From NCBI GenBank assembly GCA_963841435.1, contig CAWJCS010000003.1, positions 864,001-928,000 on the forward strand: DNA of 64,000 nucleotides, read 5' to 3'. This DNA is from an uncultured delta proteobacterium. GTDB taxonomy: Bacteria > Myxococcota_A > Polyangia > Polyangiales > Polyangiaceae. The position numbers and the translations under genes are program-made. The notes beneath the pieces were generated by a model, which made no database searches, was not told the DNA's origin, and was given only the letters and a program-made list of their open reading frames with translations. Each line of letters starts with the position of its first letter. Position 1 is the first letter of the stretch. Below, piece by piece: positions 59,184 through 64,000 of this stretch.

Positions 59184-60395
59184 ATGAGCGCCTCCCAAGC
59201 CGAGCTCGTCGCCCTGGGGCAAGAGCACCTCTACCCGAACTACCGCCAGGCCCCGATGGTCCTTGCGCGCGGGCGAGGCGCCGTGCTCTTCGACCTCGAA
59301 GGTAAGCGCTACCTCGACATGGTGGCGGGCATTGCCGTGAGCGCGCTCGGCCACGCGCACCCGGCGCTCGTGAAAGCCATCGCGGAGCAGGCCGCGCGCG
59401 TCATCCACACCTCGAATTACTATTACAACGAGCCCAACGTCCGACTCGCCGCGAAGCTCTGCGGGCTCACCGGTATGGACCGCGCGTTTTTCTGCAACTC
59501 CGGCACCGAGGCGATCGAGGCGAGCCTCAAGCTCGTCCGGCGCCATTTTTATGCACGCGGCGAGACCGAGCGTTACGAGGTCATCGCGTTCGAGAACTCG
59601 TTCCACGGTCGCACGCTCGGCGCGCTCGCCGCCACGGGCCAGGAAAAGTACAAGCAGGGCTTCGGTCCGCTGCCGGGCACTCGTCACTTTGCCTATGGTG
59701 ACGTCGAGGGCGTGCGCCGCGCGCTCGGTCCGCGCGTCGCGGCGGTGCTGTTCGAGCCCGTCCAGGGCGAGGGCGGTGTGATCCCGGCGCCGCCCGGCTT
59801 CATCGAGGCGCTTCGCGCGCTGTGCGACGCGAGCGGCGCGCTGCTCGTCGCCGACGAGATCCAGACGGGCATCGGCCGTACCGGCACTTTCCTCGCCTGC
59901 GAAAAGGTCGGCGTGAAGGCCAACGTCGTCGCGCTCGCCAAGGGGCTCGGCGGCGGCGTCCCCATCGGCGCCATCGTTTGCGGCACGAAGCTCGCCGAGG
60001 CGCTGCCGCCCGGCAGCCACGGCTCCACCTTCGGCGGCAACCCGTTGGCGTCGGCGGCGGCGCTCGCCGTGCTCGACGTCCTCGAGAGCGAGCGCCTGCT
60101 CGCGCGCGTCAACGAGCTCGGGGAGCTGCTCGCGCGCCGCCTGGCCGAGCTCGTGGAGCGCCATCCGAAGCTCGCCGTGTCGTCGCGCGGCTCGGGCTTG
60201 CTGCAAGCCCTCGTGCTCGGTAACGACGTGGATCCACGCGCGCTCATCGCGGAGCTCGCACGCCGCGGGCTGCTCCTCAGCGTCGCCGGGGGCACGGCCC
60301 TGCGCTTCACGCCGCCGCTCGTCGTCGAACCGGCCGAGCTCGTCGAGGCGCTCGACATCCTCGACGCGACGCTCGCCGAGCTCGGGAGCAGATGA
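59184..60395 (+). CDS. argD: Acetylornithine aminotransferase (class III PLP)
   Basis: AGIAVSALGHAHP, NSGTEA, SFHGRT, EPVQGEGG, DEIQTG, AKGLGGG and HGSTFGGNP. Confidence 0.92.
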   Translation: MSASQAELVALGQEHLYPNYRQAPMVLARGRGAVLFDLEGKRYLDMVAGIAVSALGHAHPALVKAIAEQAARVIHTSNYYYNEPNVRLAAKLCGLTGMDRAFFCNSGTEAIEASLKLVRRHFYARGETERYEVIAFENSFHGRTLGALAATGQEKYKQGFGPLPGTRHFAYGDVEGVRRALGPRVAAVLFEPVQGEGGVIPAPPGFIEALRALCDASGALLVADEIQTGIGRTGTFLACEKVGVKANVVALAKGLGGGVPIGAIVCGTKLAEALPPGSHGSTFGGNPLASAAALAVLDVLESERLLARVNELGELLARRLAELVERHPKLAVSSRGSGLLQALVLGNDVDPRALIAELARRGLLLSVAGGTALRFTPPLVVEPAELVEALDILDATLAELGSR

Positions 60396-62653
60396 CGCCG
60401 ACGCCGAGCGCCGCGAGCCCCCTCGGCGCCGGTCAGCGCCCCTGCTCGACCTGCGGAACGCCGCTCGATCCGCTGCGGGCCTCGCGCGTCGCGTACGTGC
60501 GCGACCGCTTCCGGTACTTTTGCAGCCCACCCTGCCGCGAGCAGTTCGACGCTGACGCGCGCGCCACGCCGCTGCCCGTGCCGCGCGCACGCGCCCACGA
60601 GTTCTTGGCGAGCGTCCGCTCGAAGGCCGAAAAGGCGGAGAGGGCCGAGCCCGATCGCGCCGTCGCGGAGCGAGCGCTCTTGGACGTGGGCCGACCCGTG
60701 ACGGCGGGCGAGACCATCGGAGCGCTCGTGGCGGAGGGGGCACCCGTCGAGGTCCAGCCGCTGCCCGCCCTGCCGCTCGAGCCGAGGGCGCTCGGCGCGA
60801 GCAACTTGCTGCTTTCGTTGTCGGGGCTCGGGTGTGCGCTCTCGCTCGGGCTCATGCTGGCCGGGGGCTCACGGCTCGTGCTCGGAGCGCGGGTCGTGCT
60901 CGCCGCCGTCGCGTGCGCGGCGCTCGTCACCGAGCGCGCCACGGCGAGCCGCGACGCCACGGAGCTCCATCCCGCGGCGTTCTCGGCGGCGCCCATCGGA
61001 GCCGCGGGGGTCGCCTGGGGAGCTCTCCTCCTCGGCGACCCGCGCACGTCGGACGCCGCGCTGCTAACGGCGGTGGTCGTCGCGCTCGGAGCCCTGTCAA
61101 CGGCGCTCCTGCGGCGCGCGCGCCGCCCCATCGACCTGGCGCGCGAAGGCCTCGTCGCCGCGCTCGACACCGAGTCGCGACGCGTCGTCGAGGACGGCAC
61201 CATCCCGGCGCGGGCGCGTGATCTGCGCCCCGGCGAGGAAATCCTCGTCGAGCCGGGTGACACAGTGCCCGCGGACGGCACCGTCATCGCGGGCAGCGGC
61301 CGCGTCGTGCCGTGGCTCTACGCGAAGACGGCGGAGCCCGTCGGCGAGGGCGATACCGTGCTCGCGGGCGGGCGGCTCACCGACGGCATGCTGCGCGTCG
61401 TCGTTGGCTGGTCGGGCCACGACCGCGCCTTTCTGCGGCTCACGAGCGACCCGCGCCGGCGCGCCGATCTGCTCGCCCCGGTGGCGCGCCTCGGGCGCGC
61501 GTTCGCCGAGCGCGGCGCGCCGCTCGTCACGGGGCTCGCGGCGCTCACGGCCTTCGCGGCGGGCCTCGACGGCGTCGAGATCCTGCTCGTCGCCGTCGCG
61601 GTGCAGGCGGCGTGCGCCCACGGCGTCACGGCGGCGCTCGCGGCACTCCGGGTGTCGAGCGCCGTGCTCGGGTCGCTCAGGCGGGGCGCGGTGTTTCGCA
61701 GCGCCGAGGCGCTCGACCGCGCCGGACACACCTCGCTCGTCGTGTTCTGCGCGCGCGGCACGCTCTTGCTCGGCGAGCCCGAGGTTGCGACGATCGAGGC
61801 GTTCGGCAGCCACGAGCCCGAAGAGGTGCTCGGGCTCGTCGCCGCGGTCGAAGCGGGTGAGCACCACCCCGTGGCGAGCGCCGTGGTGCGAGCGGCGCGC
61901 ACGCGTGGCGTCCGCCCAGACGGCGTGCGCAACGCGCGCGCCCAGCCTGGGCTCGGCGTCACGGCAATCGCGTCGAACGGGCAGCCGCTCGTCGTCGGCA
62001 GCCGCGCGCTGCTCCTGCACGAGCACGTCAGCGTGGCGATGGCCGAGCGCCGCATCCAGGAGCTCGAGTCGATGGGGCAGACCGTGCTGCTCGTCGCGCA
62101 GTCGGGGCGGCTCGCGGGGCTCATCGGCCTTCAAGACGGGCTGCGACCCGGGGCTCGCGCGGCCGTCCAACACCTGCTCGATGCCGGCCTCGAGCCCGCG
62201 CTGCTCTCCGGCGACGCCCGCGAGACCTGCGAGGTCCTCGGCCGCACGCTCGCCATCGACCACGTGCGCCCCGAAATCCCTCCAGCCGAACGCGGCGACG
62301 AGATCCGGCGCCTCGTGGGCGGCGGGGCAACGGTCGCCGTGGTCGGCCAGAGCCCGACCGACGACGCGGCGCTCGCCGCCGCGGACGTAGCGGTCGCGCT
62401 GCGCGCCGCGGGCTCGACCTCGGCCGACTGGGGCCTGCAGCTCGCCACCGACGACGTGCGCGACGCGGCCTACGCGCTGCACGTCGCGCGCGACTGTCTG
62501 CGCCGCGCTCGCGCCGACCTTTTGCTCACGGCGCTGCCCGCGGTCGCGCTTGCCGCCGTGACGGCGCTCGGTCTCTTGCCGACCCCGTGGGTACCGACTC
62601 TCGTCACGGCAAGCGCATTGTTGCGCCTGCGTAAGGCCGCGTCTCTCGGATGA
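60392..62653 (+). CDS. P1B-type heavy-metal ATPase homologue lacking catalytic motifs (pseudo-ATPase)
   Basis: N-terminal TRASH/YHS-like CSTC..YFCSPPC; A domain PGDTVPADG; HP motif; PGLGV; D.LRP. DKTGT is replaced by CARGT, TGE is absent and GDGxND is replaced by GQSPTD. Confidence 0.82.
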   Translation: MTPTPSAASPLGAGQRPCSTCGTPLDPLRASRVAYVRDRFRYFCSPPCREQFDADARATPLPVPRARAHEFLASVRSKAEKAERAEPDRAVAERALLDVGRPVTAGETIGALVAEGAPVEVQPLPALPLEPRALGASNLLLSLSGLGCALSLGLMLAGGSRLVLGARVVLAAVACAALVTERATASRDATELHPAAFSAAPIGAAGVAWGALLLGDPRTSDAALLTAVVVALGALSTALLRRARRPIDLAREGLVAALDTESRRVVEDGTIPARARDLRPGEEILVEPGDTVPADGTVIAGSGRVVPWLYAKTAEPVGEGDTVLAGGRLTDGMLRVVVGWSGHDRAFLRLTSDPRRRADLLAPVARLGRAFAERGAPLVTGLAALTAFAAGLDGVEILLVAVAVQAACAHGVTAALAALRVSSAVLGSLRRGAVFRSAEALDRAGHTSLVVFCARGTLLLGEPEVATIEAFGSHEPEEVLGLVAAVEAGEHHPVASAVVRAARTRGVRPDGVRNARAQPGLGVTAIASNGQPLVVGSRALLLHEHVSVAMAERRIQELESMGQTVLLVAQSGRLAGLIGLQDGLRPGARAAVQHLLDAGLEPALLSGDARETCEVLGRTLAIDHVRPEIPPAERGDEIRRLVGGGATVAVVGQSPTDDAALAAADVAVALRAAGSTSADWGLQLATDDVRDAAYALHVARDCLRRARADLLLTALPAVALAAVTALGLLPTPWVPTLVTASALLRLRKAASLG

Positions 62654-62702
62654 ATTCGGCGCGCAACTTGACGTTGGTAGTCACGCAGAGGAAGAAACGG
62701 GG

Positions 62703-63203
62703 GTGAAGAGCGGTGGCTCGAAGTCCAGCCTCGGGCGGCCGGCTCGGTCGCCCGACGCCGCGAGGCTTCGGACCGACCTCGACGACTTCATGGCCAAGCG
62801 GGGCCTGCGTTCGACGGGTCAGCGCCGGCTCATCATCGACACCCTCTTCGCGGCCCACGAGCACGTCACGATCGACGGCCTGCTCGAGCAGGTGCGCACC
62901 GTGGACCCGGGCATCGGCTACGCCACCGTCTATCGCACGCTCAAGCTCCTCACGGAAAGTGGCGTTGCGCAGGAGCACCACTTCGGCGACGGGCACACGC
63001 GCTACGAGCTTTCCGACGACCAAGCGCACCACGACCACCTCATTTGCATCGAATGCGGCAGCATCACCGAGTTCGAGGAGCCCGCCGTCGAGGAGCTGCA
63101 GGACCGCGTCGCCAAGCGCTACGGCTTCGAGATCCGCGCGCACAAGCACGAGCTTTACGGCGTTTGCTCGAGCTGCCAGGCAAAGTCCGACAAGAAGCGG
63201 TAG
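62703..63203 (+). CDS. fur: Fur-family metal-responsive regulator
   Basis: ATVYRTLKLL, HHDHLICIECG and C-terminal CSSC. Confidence 0.92.
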   Translation: MKSGGSKSSLGRPARSPDAARLRTDLDDFMAKRGLRSTGQRRLIIDTLFAAHEHVTIDGLLEQVRTVDPGIGYATVYRTLKLLTESGVAQEHHFGDGHTRYELSDDQAHHDHLICIECGSITEFEEPAVEELQDRVAKRYGFEIRAHKHELYGVCSSCQAKSDKKR

Positions 63204-63362
63204 CCATGGCAGCTCGGGGGCTGCCCACCCTCGTCCGTGCTCGCCTCGCGGCCGAAAAGCACGCGACCAACGGCGAGCCGCGAGCCTGCGCGCGGCCGGT
63301 CCCTCCCCGGCGCTCGCGGACTCGCACGGGAGGGACTTCGCGGAGCGGCGCGCGGGGGCGGT

Positions 63363-63992
63363 TCAGCGCGAGGGCACGACGATCGTGCGCGTTTCGGTGA
63401 TGACAACGTCGCAAGCGACATCGTGCGGCAAGACCGGTAGCTCGGCGAGCAGCTGAAAATCGTACGCCACGACGACGGCGACGGCGGGCGGGCAAAAATC
63501 GGGAAGAGTCGCGTCGTAAAAGCCGGAGCCGTACCCGAGACGGTGCCCGCCGGGGCTCACGGCGAGAGCCGGAACGACGACGAGGTCGAGCGTCCCGCGC
63601 TCGGCGACCGGCGCCTCGGGTGGCGGCTCGGCGAACTGACTTCCGCGCGGCTCGAGCTCGGCGAGCGACTGCGTCCGACGGATTTCGCTGCGTGTGCCGC
63701 CGCCCGCGCTCGGCGCGACGCCGGGATAGTACACGTCCTTCTCGAGCCCCCTGAGGCGGGCGTCGAGCTCGCGCAGATCGACCTCTCGCCGCTCGAGCAT
63801 CGGAAAGAAGAGCGCCACGCCGCGACTCGTTCGTAGCGCCGGCAGCTCGGAGAGGCGCTCCACGATGCGGGCGCTACGCTCGGCGAGCGCGGCCGCCGGA
63901 TGCGCCGAGCGCAGCGCCCGCATGCGCTGCCGGAGCTGGATCTTGGCGCGCCCGGCAAGCTCCACGTAAAGCCGGGGGTCTAGCGGATCCAT
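63363..63992 (-). CDS. ygfA: 5-formyltetrahydrofolate cyclo-ligase
   Basis: K..LR, LDLVVVPALA, RLGYGSGFYD and PHDV. Confidence 0.92.
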   Translation of the reverse strand: MDPLDPRLYVELAGRAKIQLRQRMRALRSAHPAAALAERSARIVERLSELPALRTSRGVALFFPMLERREVDLRELDARLRGLEKDVYYPGVAPSAGGGTRSEIRRTQSLAELEPRGSQFAEPPPEAPVAERGTLDLVVVPALAVSPGGHRLGYGSGFYDATLPDFCPPAVAVVVAYDFQLLAELPVLPHDVACDVVITETRTIVVPSR

Positions 63993-64000
63993 GCGAGAAG

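Noticed and set aside
63363-64000. 6S RNA upstream of ygfA
   Set aside because: The two are often linked, but the upstream region lies outside the window and nothing is visible here.

Overview
64 kb of very GC-rich chromosomal DNA, densely coding. The gene content points to a myxobacterium, probably Polyangiaceae/Sorangiineae (inference from the Glt/Nfs-like TPR proteins, MshEN protein, eukaryote-like kinases and Gly/Ser-tethered lipoproteins). I can support about 48 coding regions and saw no rRNA, tRNA, CRISPR array or mobile element. Housekeeping genes include xseA (partial), a biotin carboxylase, ktrAB/trkAH, gpmA, apbE, manC, ybeY, HU, an rlmI-like methyltransferase, argD, fur and ygfA. 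The main points of interest are five. (1) A three-gene module at 40.5-48.4 kb: a Ser/Thr kinase with a cNMP-binding domain; a 1157-aa fusion of an unknown domain, a DyP peroxidase and an atypical CYP74-like P450; and a class III nucleotide cyclase-AAA-TPR protein with non-canonical specificity residues. This is a candidate oxylipin/cyclic-nucleotide signalling system. (2) A full-length P1B-type ATPase homologue next to fur that appears catalytically dead (DKTGT replaced by CARGT). (3) A split Glt/Nfs-like envelope machine (OMP, C, D, E) followed by VKOR-DsbA, OmpA-like and TlpA genes rather than gltF/G. (4) A ~15 kb block of secreted lipoprotein enzymes between its two halves. (5) Six +1 frameshifts in five genes that all share a TC->TTC signature, most likely a systematic sequencing error and possibly methylation-linked. 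All functional calls come from recognising motifs by eye; no database searches were run.
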